Origin: an uncultured bacterium
Lineage (GTDB): Bacteria; Patescibacteriota; Minisyncoccia; Phycocordibacterales; UBA11359
DNA: 64,000 nt
Reading direction: 5' to 3'
NCBI GenBank assembly: GCA_903831815.1
Contig: CAIKZC010000005.1
Span: 69 to 64,068 of the forward strand
Shown: one piece after another, positions 10,922-23,353 of the stretch
How positions within the stretch are numbered: the stretch's first letter is position 1
Layout: each line of letters starts with the position of its first letter
Made by a program: the position numbers and the translations under genes
The notes under the pieces: generated by a model
What the model was told of the DNA's origin: nothing
The model's database searches: none
The model's input: only the letters and a program-made list of their open reading frames with translations

Positions 10922-11617
10922 ATGAACAACAAAATTGGTCATCCTCATCCTCTAACTTCCGTAATCAGGGATATATATACTATTTTCCGCGAGATCGGTT
11001 ACGATGTTGCGCAAGGTCCGGAACTGGAAACCGAATTTTACAATTTTGATGCTCTTAATATTCCAAAAGACCATCCGGCTCGAGATATGCAGGACACTTT
11101 TTGGATAAAATCAAAAGAACGAAAGGTTTTGAGAACGCACACTTCGGCTGTGCAGATTAGATACATGGAAAAACATGAACCTCCTTTCAAAATTATCGTG
11201 CCAGGCAAAGTTTTTAGAAATGAGGCAACCGATGCGACACACGAAGCTCAATTTCATCAGATAGAAGCGCTTTGCGTAGGTAAGGACGTTTCGCTCGCAG
11301 ACCTCAAAGGTGTCCTTACTTATTTTTTCAAAAGATTTTTCGGTGATGATGTGGTCGTGCGATTCAGACCGAGTTTTTTTGCATTCACTGAGCCAAGTGT
11401 GGAGGTTGATATGGAGTGGAAAGGTAAATGGTTGGAAATGGGTGGTGCTGGAATGGTCCATCCAAAGGTCTTCGAATCTAGTGGTGTTGATGCTATAAAA
11501 TGGTCGGGCTTCGCTTTTGGTTTTGGAATTGATCGTTTAGTAATGCTTAAATATGGCATCGATGATATTCGACTTTTATATCAAGGCGATCTGCGATTAG
11601 TTAATCAATTTTCATGA
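10922..11617 (+). CDS. pheS: Phenylalanyl-tRNA synthetase alpha subunit (lacks the N-terminal coiled coil)
   Basis: NFDALNIPKDHPARDMQDTF, LRTHTS, FTEPS, GFAFGFGIDRL. Confidence 0.97.
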   Translation: MNNKIGHPHPLTSVIRDIYTIFREIGYDVAQGPELETEFYNFDALNIPKDHPARDMQDTFWIKSKERKVLRTHTSAVQIRYMEKHEPPFKIIVPGKVFRNEATDATHEAQFHQIEALCVGKDVSLADLKGVLTYFFKRFFGDDVVVRFRPSFFAFTEPSVEVDMEWKGKWLEMGGAGMVHPKVFESSGVDAIKWSGFAFGFGIDRLVMLKYGIDDIRLLYQGDLRLVNQFS

Positions 11618-13590
11618 TAGTTTCATATAAATGGCTTCAAACATATTTCAAGGAAAAATTGCCAGCACCGGCAAAAGTGGCTGAAGCTTTTACTTTCGGC
11701 GCATTTGAGGTTGAGGTGGTGGAAGAAGTCCATGGCAAAAATGGTGCGGATGGAAACGATACGACTATCGATCTGAAAGTTTTGCCTGACCGCGCATGTT
11801 ACGCACTGTCGCACCGAGGCATTGCGTATGAGCTGTCGGCTATTACCGGTCAAAGCTCGCTGGTTTTTGAAAATAAAATTGTGGGAGAAATTGAAAATGA
11901 AAAAGCGGATTCCGAAGAAAAAGTTTCGGTAACCGTCATTGAACCGTCTTTGTGTCAGCGTTATTGCGCACGTTTTATAAAAAATGTTTCTGTCGGTGCT
12001 TCCCCAGAATGGTTGCAGGAAAGACTTACGGCTGTCGGACAACGTTCGATCAATAACATTGTTGATGTCACGAATTTTGTTATGCTCGATATAGGTCAAC
12101 CATTGCATGCTTTTGATGCCGATAAAGTAAAGGGCGGCATCGTGGTGCGATTGGCAAAAGAAGGAGAGGTTGTTGAATTGCTTCCCGAGAAAGGTTCCAC
12201 TGTTAGCCGCAGTATTACACTTCAATCATTCGATCTGATCATTGCTGATGATGAAGGTCCGATCGCGATAGCGGGTGTCAAAGGAGGAATACGCACGGCA
12301 GTAACGGCAACAACAAGAAATTTGATCATAGAGTCGGCCAATTTTGATGCAGTTTCGGTACGCAAAACTTCGACGCGACTCGCATTACGTAACGATGCTT
12401 CCAAACGTTTTGAAAATAGATTGTCGGTCGATTTCGCCGAGCAAGCTATGAAAGAAGTTTCAACTCTCATCAAAAAAGTTTCCACAAAAGCATCTCTCGG
12501 AGAAATCACGGATGTTTTTTCCGGTCAAACAAAGCAAACCAAGATTAGTGTGTCAAAAGATTTTATTTCCGCGCGATTGGGAGGTGAGTTTTCTACGGAG
12601 CAGATTGAAGATATTTTTTCTCGTTTGCAAATTGCGTTCGAGAAGAAAGGTAATGGTTACACACTGACTATACCGTCAGCTCGTTTGGATCTCAATATTC
12701 CCGAGGACATGGTTGAGGAAGTTGGCCGGATTTATGGGTATAACAAAATTACGCCGAAAATTCCCGAAAAAATTTCCGGAGCGATTCCTGTCAATCATGT
12801 TGCTTATTGGACGGAGAAAATAAAAGATTCATTGTTTGAAAACGGATTTTCTGAAGTTCAAACCTCTTCTTTTGCCGTAAGTGGCGACATCGAGATTCAA
12901 AACCCTTTAGCTTCGGACAAGAAATTTTTGCGCAATAACCTTTCCGAGAATTTGTTGTTAGCACTTGAGCAAAATAGCAAGAACGCACCTTTGTTTGGGA
13001 CGGATGAAATCAAAATATTCGAAGTTGGTACAGTATTTTCTTCCAAAGGCGAGTACGTTGCGCTCGGAATCGGTGCAAATATAACCAAAAACATAAAGAA
13101 AAAGGAGCAGATGACTGCCGAGATGGTAAATAAAGCTTTTCAGACTCTTTCTGAAGTTGTGGGCAAGAAATTAGAAATGCCAAAAATAAAGAATGGCACC
13201 GGTGCTGTCGCAGAAATCAATTTATCCGAGATTATTTCCAATCTATCGACCCCGACAAAATGGGATATTAATAAATTCTCAGGCAGTTCAAAATATGTTC
13301 CATTTTCCGCTTATCCTTTTATGGTCAGAGATGTGGCGGTCTTCGTGCCAGGCAATGTTTCTGAAAAAGAAGTTTCATCTGTGATCTCTTCCGCCACAAG
13401 CTCGCTCATGATCAGGCTCGATCTGTTTGATGTGTTTACCAAAAAGTTTGAGGGCGGGGAAGACAAAACATCATATGCGTTCCATATTGTTTTTCAGTCA
13501 TACGAGCGAACTTTGCGCGAAGAAGAAATAAATACGATCATGAAAAATGTTTCCGATGCATTGGCGGCAAAATCTTGGCAGGTGAGATAA
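11614..13590 (+). CDS. pheT: Phenylalanyl-tRNA synthetase beta subunit (lacks the B2 OB domain)
   Basis: MIVSYKWL, INNIVDVTNFVMLDIGQPLHAFD, RLDLNIPEDMVEEVGRIYGY, C-terminal FDX-ACB domain; ATGA overlap with pheS. Confidence 0.97.
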   Translation: MIVSYKWLQTYFKEKLPAPAKVAEAFTFGAFEVEVVEEVHGKNGADGNDTTIDLKVLPDRACYALSHRGIAYELSAITGQSSLVFENKIVGEIENEKADSEEKVSVTVIEPSLCQRYCARFIKNVSVGASPEWLQERLTAVGQRSINNIVDVTNFVMLDIGQPLHAFDADKVKGGIVVRLAKEGEVVELLPEKGSTVSRSITLQSFDLIIADDEGPIAIAGVKGGIRTAVTATTRNLIIESANFDAVSVRKTSTRLALRNDASKRFENRLSVDFAEQAMKEVSTLIKKVSTKASLGEITDVFSGQTKQTKISVSKDFISARLGGEFSTEQIEDIFSRLQIAFEKKGNGYTLTIPSARLDLNIPEDMVEEVGRIYGYNKITPKIPEKISGAIPVNHVAYWTEKIKDSLFENGFSEVQTSSFAVSGDIEIQNPLASDKKFLRNNLSENLLLALEQNSKNAPLFGTDEIKIFEVGTVFSSKGEYVALGIGANITKNIKKKEQMTAEMVNKAFQTLSEVVGKKLEMPKIKNGTGAVAEINLSEIISNLSTPTKWDINKFSGSSKYVPFSAYPFMVRDVAVFVPGNVSEKEVSSVISSATSSLMIRLDLFDVFTKKFEGGEDKTSYAFHIVFQSYERTLREEEINTIMKNVSDALAAKSWQVR

Positions 13591-13756
13591 TGAGTTAAGG
13601 GGTTAAAAAAATTTAAATATAAAAAAGGAGACCCGTTTCGCGGAACCTGTTGTAGGTTCTTTGAAACGGGTCTAGTGCTCGGGCCTAGGTTGTACCTAAA
13701 CCTCTACACGGAGGATGGAGGCGGGTGGCAGTGTCATCGCATGTTCCAATCCAGGG

Positions 13757-13978
13757 TCACGCCGCGCGAGCCCTTTGTCGGAGACCGGACTTGATGCGCC
13801 GGATGCAGCGGATCGGAAGATCTATGGCCATCGCATTTCTTTTTGTGTCGACTCTCAAGATTTGCGTCGGCCACTTGATCGCCAGGGGCTCTGGGTCCTT
13901 CCTTCCGGTACTTGCCCAAGATGCCCAACCGATTCCAGGAATTGTCCTGGATACACAAACAAACACTTCTTTTCCCAT
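13757..13978 (-). CDS. Possible small orphan protein inside a self-contained transcription unit
   Basis: TTGACA-16-TATACT promoter (~14095-14068, minus), AAAGGAA before the ATG, terminator 13621-13672; reading frame ambiguous. Confidence 0.3.
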   Translation of the reverse strand: MGKEVFVCVSRTIPGIGWASWASTGRKDPEPLAIKWPTQILRVDTKRNAMAIDLPIRCIRRIKSGLRQRARAA

Positions 13979-14188
13979 GATATAAGTTCCTTTTCCCATA
14001 GCCGGGAACGGTACCTTGTAAGGCAGTTGTACCTGATCCATCAGGACAGCTTCATACTCCGTCGTCAAGTATAGCACATTCAGAGCATTTGTCAATGGAT
14101 AAAAATGTGTCTGTAAATGAATCAAAAATCACACGGTTTTTCAACACAAAAAGCCTTTGTAATTGCTTTCAAAAAATGCTATACTTAG

Positions 14189-16300
<2,112 letters not shown>

Positions 16301-16302
16301 GG

Positions 16303-16419
16303 AAGAAAAAATCCAAAGACACTTACAGGGTGCCTTGCGCAGCGCGACTGGCGCGAGCAGAGCGGCCGGCCAGTAGACCGGAACGCGTGCATCCCAAAAG
16401 TGTCGTCGGATTTTTTCTT
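16303..16419 (+). repeat. Dispersed structured repeat, copy B
   Basis: Interrupted outer IR; GCGC-GACTG-GCGC and CCGGCC-AGTA-GACCGG hairpins; sits between convergent stop codons. Confidence 0.8.
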
Positions 16420-17182
16420 ACTGAAGAATTGAGATTTGAATTGGGAGATCTTCGGTGGCGGTAAATGTAAGAGTGTAGATAACACCGCTTTTTGGAGCGA
16501 GAGGATTTTGAGCGACTGAATGATACGTTGGTGTAATTGAAGAAGGAAGGGTGGCGGTAAATGACCATGTTCCGGAAGTTGTGCCGCCAATATTTTGAAC
16601 ATTAAATCGCGCGATAATTCTATTTCCAATAGCTTGGGTTGAAATAAGATTTGAAACGATTTTAGCCGGTGCGGAATTTACAGGTGCATTATTTGTAGGT
16701 GTCGGCGTCGGCTGATTGTATGTTGGCGCGGTAGGAGACGGTGTCGGAGTTGAAACGATCGGAATCGTTGCCGTAACTGCCGGTGTGACATTTGTTGTTG
16801 TTGCAACTTTGTTCGACATAAAAAGAGAACCGAACGATTGGCTGAAATTTGTTACGTTTTTAAAAATTTTTGGAACAATCGTCAGTGTTAGAAAAATTCC
16901 AAAAATAACCAAAGCTACGAGACAGACCAAAATAATAACCCTAACCGAAAAAAGCTGATCTTTTTCTTCCTCTTTTACTATAACTTTTGCAGGTTCGCTC
17001 GGTTTGACGCGAATTTCAATTTTTGGTTTTTTTAGTTCTTTTTCAATTTCGGAAATTTTTTCTGCAGGAATTGGTGGATATGTCGAATCAATGACGTTTG
17101 TAACATCGTCATCGCTTGCGGCCTCCGTGCCGGGGAGGATAGGTAATTTGGCTATTGGATTGAATTTTTCTTCTTTAGGCAT
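16418..17182 (-). CDS. Single-TM protein with Thr/Pro linker and C-terminal Ig/CARDB-like domain
   Basis: TM helix VIILVCLVALVIFGIFLTL, PT-rich stalk, FNVQNIGGTTSGTWSF. Confidence 0.75.
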   Translation of the reverse strand: MPKEEKFNPIAKLPILPGTEAASDDDVTNVIDSTYPPIPAEKISEIEKELKKPKIEIRVKPSEPAKVIVKEEEKDQLFSVRVIILVCLVALVIFGIFLTLTIVPKIFKNVTNFSQSFGSLFMSNKVATTTNVTPAVTATIPIVSTPTPSPTAPTYNQPTPTPTNNAPVNSAPAKIVSNLISTQAIGNRIIARFNVQNIGGTTSGTWSFTATLPSSITPTYHSVAQNPLAPKSGVIYTLTFTATEDLPIQISILQ

Positions 17183-17248
17183 GTTTATTCGTACTATATA
17201 ATGACAAGGGATAATTGTCAAATTAAAATTTCGGTGTATAATATAGTT

Positions 17249-17869
17249 ATGAAATGGAAAAAATTCATCCACAAAAATGATATAAAGATTGCAATTATAT
17301 TTATTTGCGTTTTTGTGATTTCTTTTGGCGTTTTGTATCTACTAAATTTCGTGCCGAGCGAATTAAAAGATCAAAATATAACCACAGAATCAAGCGATGT
17401 GGCCTCCACGACTTTTATAGGAAAAATAGAATATGAATTACCGCTTCGAATCTCCATAGAAAAGATTGGAATTAACACTGTCGTGCAAAATCCGACGACG
17501 ACAAATGTCTATGCTCTCGACGATTTGCTTTTGCATGGAGTGGTACGCTATCCAGGTTCCGGCTTACCAGGTGAGGGAAATATGTTTTTCTTCGGACACA
17601 GTACCGGATTAAAGGTTGTAAACAACCAAGCTTTCAAAGCTTTTAATAATCTAAAAGATCTGTTGGCAGGAGATACGATCTTGGTCTATGGAGAAAAACA
17701 TGTCTATACATACAAAGTTAATAATGTTAGATTGGCCAACAGCAGCGACGTTTTGGTTGATTTTTCCGTAAAAAAGAACATGCTTACGCTGTCGACATGC
17801 AATACGTTCGGTCAGAAGCAGGAACGATACGTTGTTGAGGCGGATTTTGTTGGAAGTTCAACTTTGTAA
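17249..17869 (+). CDS. Sortase
   Basis: N-terminal TM helix; catalytic His (FGHS), TLSTC, Arg (ERYVV). Confidence 0.92.
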   Translation: MKWKKFIHKNDIKIAIIFICVFVISFGVLYLLNFVPSELKDQNITTESSDVASTTFIGKIEYELPLRISIEKIGINTVVQNPTTTNVYALDDLLLHGVVRYPGSGLPGEGNMFFFGHSTGLKVVNNQAFKAFNNLKDLLAGDTILVYGEKHVYTYKVNNVRLANSSDVLVDFSVKKNMLTLSTCNTFGQKQERYVVEADFVGSSTL

Positions 17870-17966
17870 TGTTCTTCTCTAATATACGGCTCAAATAATG
17901 GCATAATTGGATTTCTGGAAAATAGTGCTTGACTATTCAGCTCTTTTGAGGTATTATACGCTTGTA

Positions 17967-20510
17967 ATGATGAACGAGTTAATAATGATGAACACATTTA
18001 TGAATACTACAAAAAAGCTTTATATTTCTTGGTTAAAACAGGGTTTTGTTTTGTTTCTAGTTTTAATGGTCGTTTTTTTTAATGCCGGTGTAGTTATTGC
18101 CTCAACATCATCAAGCTCAAGTTCATCTTCCTCTTCAGCGAGCGCTTTTACTCAATCTATTGACGGATCATCGACATCTTCCGCTTCTGCCGACGCTTCG
18201 GCTGCTTCAACAGCCAGCGCATCATCAAACGGAAATGATTCCGCAAGTGCCGCTGCCGCGTCCGCATCTTCAAATTCAAATTCAAATACTTCGACTGCTT
18301 CTGCCGTAGCTGTTTCGTGTTCCGCTAGCGCTTCAAGTATTGCGCTCGGTTCGCTTGTAACTTACATTGCTCATGCAAGCGGTGGTTCTCTTTCCTATAC
18401 TTACTCTTGGAGCGGTGATGAAAGTTTGTCTGGATCTAACCCTTCCGTATTAAAAACTTATCTTTTTCCCGGCACAAAAACTGCGAATGTTGTTGTGAGT
18501 TCGGGTTCTGCAAGCGCAAGTGCGACTTGTTCAGTTGTTATTACGGAAACACCTCCGCCACCTCCGGCACCTTTGCAAGGTTCATGTTCAGCTGAAACGA
18601 CTGCCGCCGCACAAGTTGGTGATACTGTCACATGGTCAGCAACTGGCGTAACCGGTGGAAATGGAAACTATACATATTCATGGAGCGGTACGGATTCTCT
18701 TTCCGGTACCGAATCTTTAATTTCAAAAGCTTACTCAACTTCGGGCACTAAACATGCCACTTTGGTGATAACATCCGATGGTCAATCTATTGCCAGAAAT
18801 TGCAGTACTTATGTAAATCCTCTTCCAACCAATGATTTGATCGTCTCGTGTTCAGCGAGCGCTTCCGCTGTGGAGCTCAATTCACCTGTAACTTTTACCT
18901 CTAATGTTATCGGCGGTTCAGGCTCAAATACTTATTCATGGAGCGGATCTGATGCACTTTCGGGTACTGGAAGTTCAGTTTCAAAAACTTATACTTCAGC
19001 CGGAACGAAAACGGCAAGCGTTATTGTACATTCAGGAAGCGCTACAGCGACCGCAAATTGTTCAGTTGTTGTTACGCAAACTCCTCCACCGCCAGCAGAT
19101 CTGCAAGGTTCATGTATGGCTAATACTTCGGGATCTCAAGTTGGTGATACCGTAACATGGTCAACCGTTGGAGTAACCGGAGGAACAGGATCGTTCACTT
19201 ACTCTTGGAGCGGTGACGAAGGACTTTCGGGAAGCGGATCTTCCGTTTCAAAAGTTTATGCTACATCCGGTACTAAAAATGCGACTGTGGTTATATCTTC
19301 CGGCAATCAATCTATAACCAGAAATTGCAATACTTTCGTAAATCCAATACCACAACCCGGCGCTTTGACAGGTTCATGTATCGCTAACACTTCCAGTGCA
19401 CAAATTGGTGATGCTATTGTCTGGTCAACTACCGGCGTGACTGGCGGAACAGGTTCATATACTTATTCTTGGAGCGGAGATGATAATTTGACCGGTAGTT
19501 CTCAAAGCGTAAGTCATACATACGGAACATCTGGAAACAAAAATGCCTCTGTGATCATTGCATCTGGTAGTCAATCGATCACGCGCACCTGCAGCACCTT
19601 TATTAATACTTCAGGCAATCAATCGAACAATACGACAAATATAAATAATTCGTATAACACGACCAATAACACGACTTACAACAACACCACGAATAACAAT
19701 TACAATTCTAGCTCAAATCAACATTACTCAAATTATCAGTACCGTCCTTATCAATATCAAAATAATAATTACTATAATAATTTGAACGCGTCATGCGTTG
19801 CTAATCAGACATCGGCTTATGTTGGCGATGGTGTCTATTGGTCGGCAACTGGTGTGACCGGAGGTAACGGTCGTTACACCTACTCATGGAGTGGAACGGA
19901 TGGACTTTATGGTAACGGTTATTCTGTGTATAAAAATTATAATTATGTCGGGACAAAGTTTGCGTATCTAACCGTTTATTCCAATGGTCAATCGGTCACT
20001 CGAACTTGCAGTTTGTATGTGAACAATCGATATGCGCCGGTCACTTACATCAATCCGCAAATAAATTATCCGTATAACGGAGTATCACTTTCTCAAGTTC
20101 CTTACACGGGTTTGGAAAGTAATATGAAAGTCATTCTTTTCACTCTTGGTCTAATCTTCTGGAGCGCGATCGTGACATATGTCGTTATTTCTCGAAAGAA
20201 GTCATTGGCCTTGTCTAATGTTAAAGATGCTGGTGCGTCGACTGAATCTGCGGTGACGAGTGACGATGCAGAGCAATCGGCACGTCAGCAAGTGTTGATG
20301 GGTCATGACAATATGCTCAGCGATCTCGAAAGTTTTGCGCGAAATAAAAATGTGATCGTCTCGGTTGATGCGTTGGCTGCAATAGTGGACATTGCCGATA
20401 ATGATCAAAAACGAGCCGAAACACTTTTGAGCTCGTTGGCAAATAGACATGCAACCGACTCGGAATGGACAACGTTGGATTTGAGTAAAGTGCAGAGTGC
20501 TATTGCATAA
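17967..20510 (+). CDS. Sortase substrate: Ser-rich surface protein with PKD/Ig-like repeats, VPYTG sorting signal and cytoplasmic tail
   Basis: Signal peptide, poly-Ser/Ala, six ~85-aa YTYSWSG..L.G....K.Y...GTK repeats each with two Cys, VPYTG + TM + RKK. Start codon uncertain (17967-18000). Confidence 0.85.
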   Translation: MMNELIMMNTFMNTTKKLYISWLKQGFVLFLVLMVVFFNAGVVIASTSSSSSSSSSSASAFTQSIDGSSTSSASADASAASTASASSNGNDSASAAAASASSNSNSNTSTASAVAVSCSASASSIALGSLVTYIAHASGGSLSYTYSWSGDESLSGSNPSVLKTYLFPGTKTANVVVSSGSASASATCSVVITETPPPPPAPLQGSCSAETTAAAQVGDTVTWSATGVTGGNGNYTYSWSGTDSLSGTESLISKAYSTSGTKHATLVITSDGQSIARNCSTYVNPLPTNDLIVSCSASASAVELNSPVTFTSNVIGGSGSNTYSWSGSDALSGTGSSVSKTYTSAGTKTASVIVHSGSATATANCSVVVTQTPPPPADLQGSCMANTSGSQVGDTVTWSTVGVTGGTGSFTYSWSGDEGLSGSGSSVSKVYATSGTKNATVVISSGNQSITRNCNTFVNPIPQPGALTGSCIANTSSAQIGDAIVWSTTGVTGGTGSYTYSWSGDDNLTGSSQSVSHTYGTSGNKNASVIIASGSQSITRTCSTFINTSGNQSNNTTNINNSYNTTNNTTYNNTTNNNYNSSSNQHYSNYQYRPYQYQNNNYYNNLNASCVANQTSAYVGDGVYWSATGVTGGNGRYTYSWSGTDGLYGNGYSVYKNYNYVGTKFAYLTVYSNGQSVTRTCSLYVNNRYAPVTYINPQINYPYNGVSLSQVPYTGLESNMKVILFTLGLIFWSAIVTYVVISRKKSLALSNVKDAGASTESAVTSDDAEQSARQQVLMGHDNMLSDLESFARNKNVIVSVDALAAIVDIADNDQKRAETLLSSLANRHATDSEWTTLDLSKVQSAIA

Positions 20511-20569
20511 ACTGCAGAGGGGCAAGCTTCAACAAATGTAAAGTAGAAAGAAATAAATAAAAACACTAG

Positions 20570-20684
20570 ATAAATAAGTAAAAAGCACTCTCGAAGCACA
20601 CGGAATTTTTCTTACTGAAAAATTCCTTATCCTCGCGCCAGTCGCGCTGCGGAGTGCTTCTGCGAGTGCTTTTTACTTATTTAT
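20570..20684 (-). repeat. Dispersed structured repeat, copy C
   Basis: About 28-bp outer IR; minus-strand core GCGC-GACTG-GCGC and GGAATTTTTC-AGTAA-GAAAAATTCC; 2 nt from the thrS stop. Confidence 0.85.
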
Positions 20685-20686
20685 TT

Positions 20687-22435
20687 CTATAGAGCTTTGT
20701 CTTTAATTTCCGATTGGAGTTTGGCGAGGGTTTCTTCGACGGTCATTTGACCGAGTTGGCCTTTGGTGCGATGTTCGAGAGCGATCTTTTTAGCTTCAAC
20801 TTCTTTGGCTCCGATGACGATCCAGTACGGCAGTTTTTCAATCTTGGCATTTCGGACTTTTTTACCGAGACCGTCACGAGAGTTATCAAGCTCGGCGCGT
20901 ATACCGACGGCTTTTAGTTTTTCCGTGACTTCGAGCGCAAAATTTAAGAAATCATCAGTGACAGGCAAGACTGCAACTTGAACCGGTGAAAGCCAAAGAG
21001 GGAAGTTGCCGGCAAGGTGTTCTATGAGAGTTGCAGAAAAACGTTCGATGGAACCCATGATGGCACAGTGGATCATAACGATTTGCTCCTTCTTACCTTC
21101 TTCGTTAGTGCAAAAAAGTTTGAAGCGCTCCGGCATGTTGAAGTCGAGCTGAATCGTAGCAACTTGTAGCACTCGGCCGATAGAATCATGAGCGATGAAG
21201 TCAAGTTTTGGTCCGTAGAAAGCGGCCTCACCCGTACCATCTATCCACTCGACACCTCGTTTTTCAATAAGTTTTTTAATGGCATTTTCTGCTTTGTTCC
21301 ACGTTTCTTTTGTTCCTAAATATTTTTCAATGTGAGCCGGATCGTGGCGAGAGAATCTAACTTGAAGATTTGAGAAGCCAAAAGTTTTGTAAAATTTATC
21401 GACAATATCCCAAACGGCGAACATTTCATCTTCTATCTGATTTTCGCGACAGAAAACATGGGCATCATCTTGGGTGATTGAAAGCACGCGTGAAAGTCCG
21501 GAAAGCTCGCCTGATTGTTCGTCGCGATAGACCATCGTCGTCTCGGCATAGCGCTGAGGCATATCTCGGTAACTGCGCATGCTGGAATCGAAGATCTGCG
21601 TATGGTGGGGGCAGTTCATTGGTTTCAAAGCGTACTCATGACCCTCTCGTGTTTTTATTTTAAATAAATCATCGCCATATTTTGCCCAGTGACCCGAAGT
21701 TTCATAAAGAGCGCGCTTCGTGATGTGAGGAATCGTGACTCTTTGATATCCTTTAGCTTTTCGAAGTTCCCAAACGTAATCATTTAAAGCATCGCGCATG
21801 ATTGTGCCTTTTGGAGTCCAGAGTGGCAAACCGGGACCAACCAAATCGGAAAAGACAAAAAGGCCGAGCTCCTTGCCAAGTTTCTTGTGATCACGTTTCA
21901 AAGCTTCCTCTTTCTGAGCAAGGTACGCATCGAGCTCGGCCTTGCTTTCAAAAGCCAAACCGTAAATACGAGTCAACATTTTATTTTTCTCATCACCGCG
22001 CCAGTAAGCCCCGGCCACACGGTCTAGTTTGAAAGATTCGGGATCGATAGTTTGGGCGTCTTCCACGTGTCCTCCTCGACAGAGATCAGTAAATCTTCCG
22101 GAAGTATAGACCGTAACTTTTTCGCCTTTGGCAATAATTTCTTCAATGAGCTCAAGCTTGTAAGGATTATTTTTGAAAAGTTCACGAGCTTCGTCTGCGC
22201 TGATTTCTTTGCCTTCAAAAGTTTTCCAATCTTTGAGAGTGTCACGCATTTTCTTTTCTATTTTGGACAAATCTTTATCGGAAATCGGTGTGGCAAATTC
22301 AAAGTCATAATAAAAACCATTATCGACAGCAGGACCGATAGTGTTTTTAGTTTCAGGCCAAAGTCGTTGAACGGCGGCAGCCAAAAGGTGGGCGAGTGAG
22401 TGGCGAATAGACTCCATTTCTTGATGTGTTTTCAT
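20687..22435 (-). CDS. thrS: Threonyl-tRNA synthetase
   Basis: RHSLAHLLA, DLCRGGH, GAYWRGD, KPMNCPHH, FYGPKLD, HCAIMGSIERF. Confidence 0.98.
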   Translation of the reverse strand: MKTHQEMESIRHSLAHLLAAAVQRLWPETKNTIGPAVDNGFYYDFEFATPISDKDLSKIEKKMRDTLKDWKTFEGKEISADEARELFKNNPYKLELIEEIIAKGEKVTVYTSGRFTDLCRGGHVEDAQTIDPESFKLDRVAGAYWRGDEKNKMLTRIYGLAFESKAELDAYLAQKEEALKRDHKKLGKELGLFVFSDLVGPGLPLWTPKGTIMRDALNDYVWELRKAKGYQRVTIPHITKRALYETSGHWAKYGDDLFKIKTREGHEYALKPMNCPHHTQIFDSSMRSYRDMPQRYAETTMVYRDEQSGELSGLSRVLSITQDDAHVFCRENQIEDEMFAVWDIVDKFYKTFGFSNLQVRFSRHDPAHIEKYLGTKETWNKAENAIKKLIEKRGVEWIDGTGEAAFYGPKLDFIAHDSIGRVLQVATIQLDFNMPERFKLFCTNEEGKKEQIVMIHCAIMGSIERFSATLIEHLAGNFPLWLSPVQVAVLPVTDDFLNFALEVTEKLKAVGIRAELDNSRDGLGKKVRNAKIEKLPYWIVIGAKEVEAKKIALEHRTKGQLGQMTVEETLAKLQSEIKDKAL

Positions 22436-22643
22436 ACAGGGAATATTAGCACTTTTCGTGCTTTAGGCAAAACGTCAGAAAAAAGTAAAAAGCACCCTGC
22501 AAGTATCTTTTACTTTATTCTAATGTCTTTACAAATATAATATATAATGTATAATAATTTCAGATGGAAAATTGAAAAACTTGCGGTTCGCTTTCCTCGC
22601 GTGTTACGAGGAAGGTACGCTGCACTGTGAAAGGAGGTAGCTA

Positions 22644-23291
22644 ATGGCTACCAAAACCATAGGTGTGGAGCAAAGGTTCGAATTGCTGGCTAAACTGGCA
22701 GCTCACCTTGATTGGGACTCGATTGACTCAAGGTCTGTCCAAGAGATAATCGATCATCCGGCCATTCCCGGCCAGCAGTTTACTCTCTTCCTCAAGAACG
22801 GTTGTAGATTTTCGTTTGGCGACCTAAAGATCGCTCCCGCGCCCTTTGATCCAGTCGCTTTCATTAGTAAAGGATGGAATATCGTCCTCGAAGAACATGA
22901 CAAGATGACAGGAGGTCTCGTTGAAGTTGATTTTAATCAGGTCGACTTCGAGGACTGTCTCGAGGAAGGTGAGACCATGATCACTGGTGAAGTGAAACTG
23001 ACGCGTCTCAAAGAGCGTAAGCGGATCCGTTACGGCGCCGTCACTTTTATGGGTCTTCTGAACGATTATCAGACTCGGGAAGTGAACAGTGTTCTTGAAA
23101 CGCTATTCCGCACCAAAAGTATTGTCCACCTCGATTTCTTTGGTGATGTTCTGCTTGGCCCAAACGGTAACCGATGCGTGTTGTGTCTCGATAGGGTCAG
23201 TGGTGGTCGGTGGATTGGTACCTACCGCCCCCTCGCGATTCATTGGTATCGTCGGTTTCTAACCCCCGTTTGTTCGCAAGTCAGTGTTTGA
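22644..23291 (+). CDS. Orphan protein with DGR-target-like (CLec-like) C-terminus, unit 1
   Basis: AAGGAGGT SD; TTTACA/TATAAT promoter; C-terminus FFGDVL...RCVLCL...GRW..Y..L...W. Confidence 0.8.
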   Translation: MATKTIGVEQRFELLAKLAAHLDWDSIDSRSVQEIIDHPAIPGQQFTLFLKNGCRFSFGDLKIAPAPFDPVAFISKGWNIVLEEHDKMTGGLVEVDFNQVDFEDCLEEGETMITGEVKLTRLKERKRIRYGAVTFMGLLNDYQTREVNSVLETLFRTKSIVHLDFFGDVLLGPNGNRCVLCLDRVSGGRWIGTYRPLAIHWYRRFLTPVCSQVSV

Positions 23292-23353
23292 CGCATTCCA
23301 ACGCGTAATTGTAAAAAATGGAAAAGCCCCTGCACTTCAAGTGCGGGGGTTTA
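23291..23353 (+). repeat. 63-bp 3' direct repeat with hairpin and intrinsic terminator (copy 1)
   Basis: 62/63 identical to 24181-24243; ends AAGCCCCTGCAC-TTCAA-GTGCGGGGGTTT. Confidence 0.92.

Noticed and set aside
19615-19790. AAC/AAT-rich stretch as a DGR template repeat
   Set aside because: It is an in-frame Asn/Tyr/Thr low-complexity linker of the sortase substrate and shows no visible alignment to the putative VRs.
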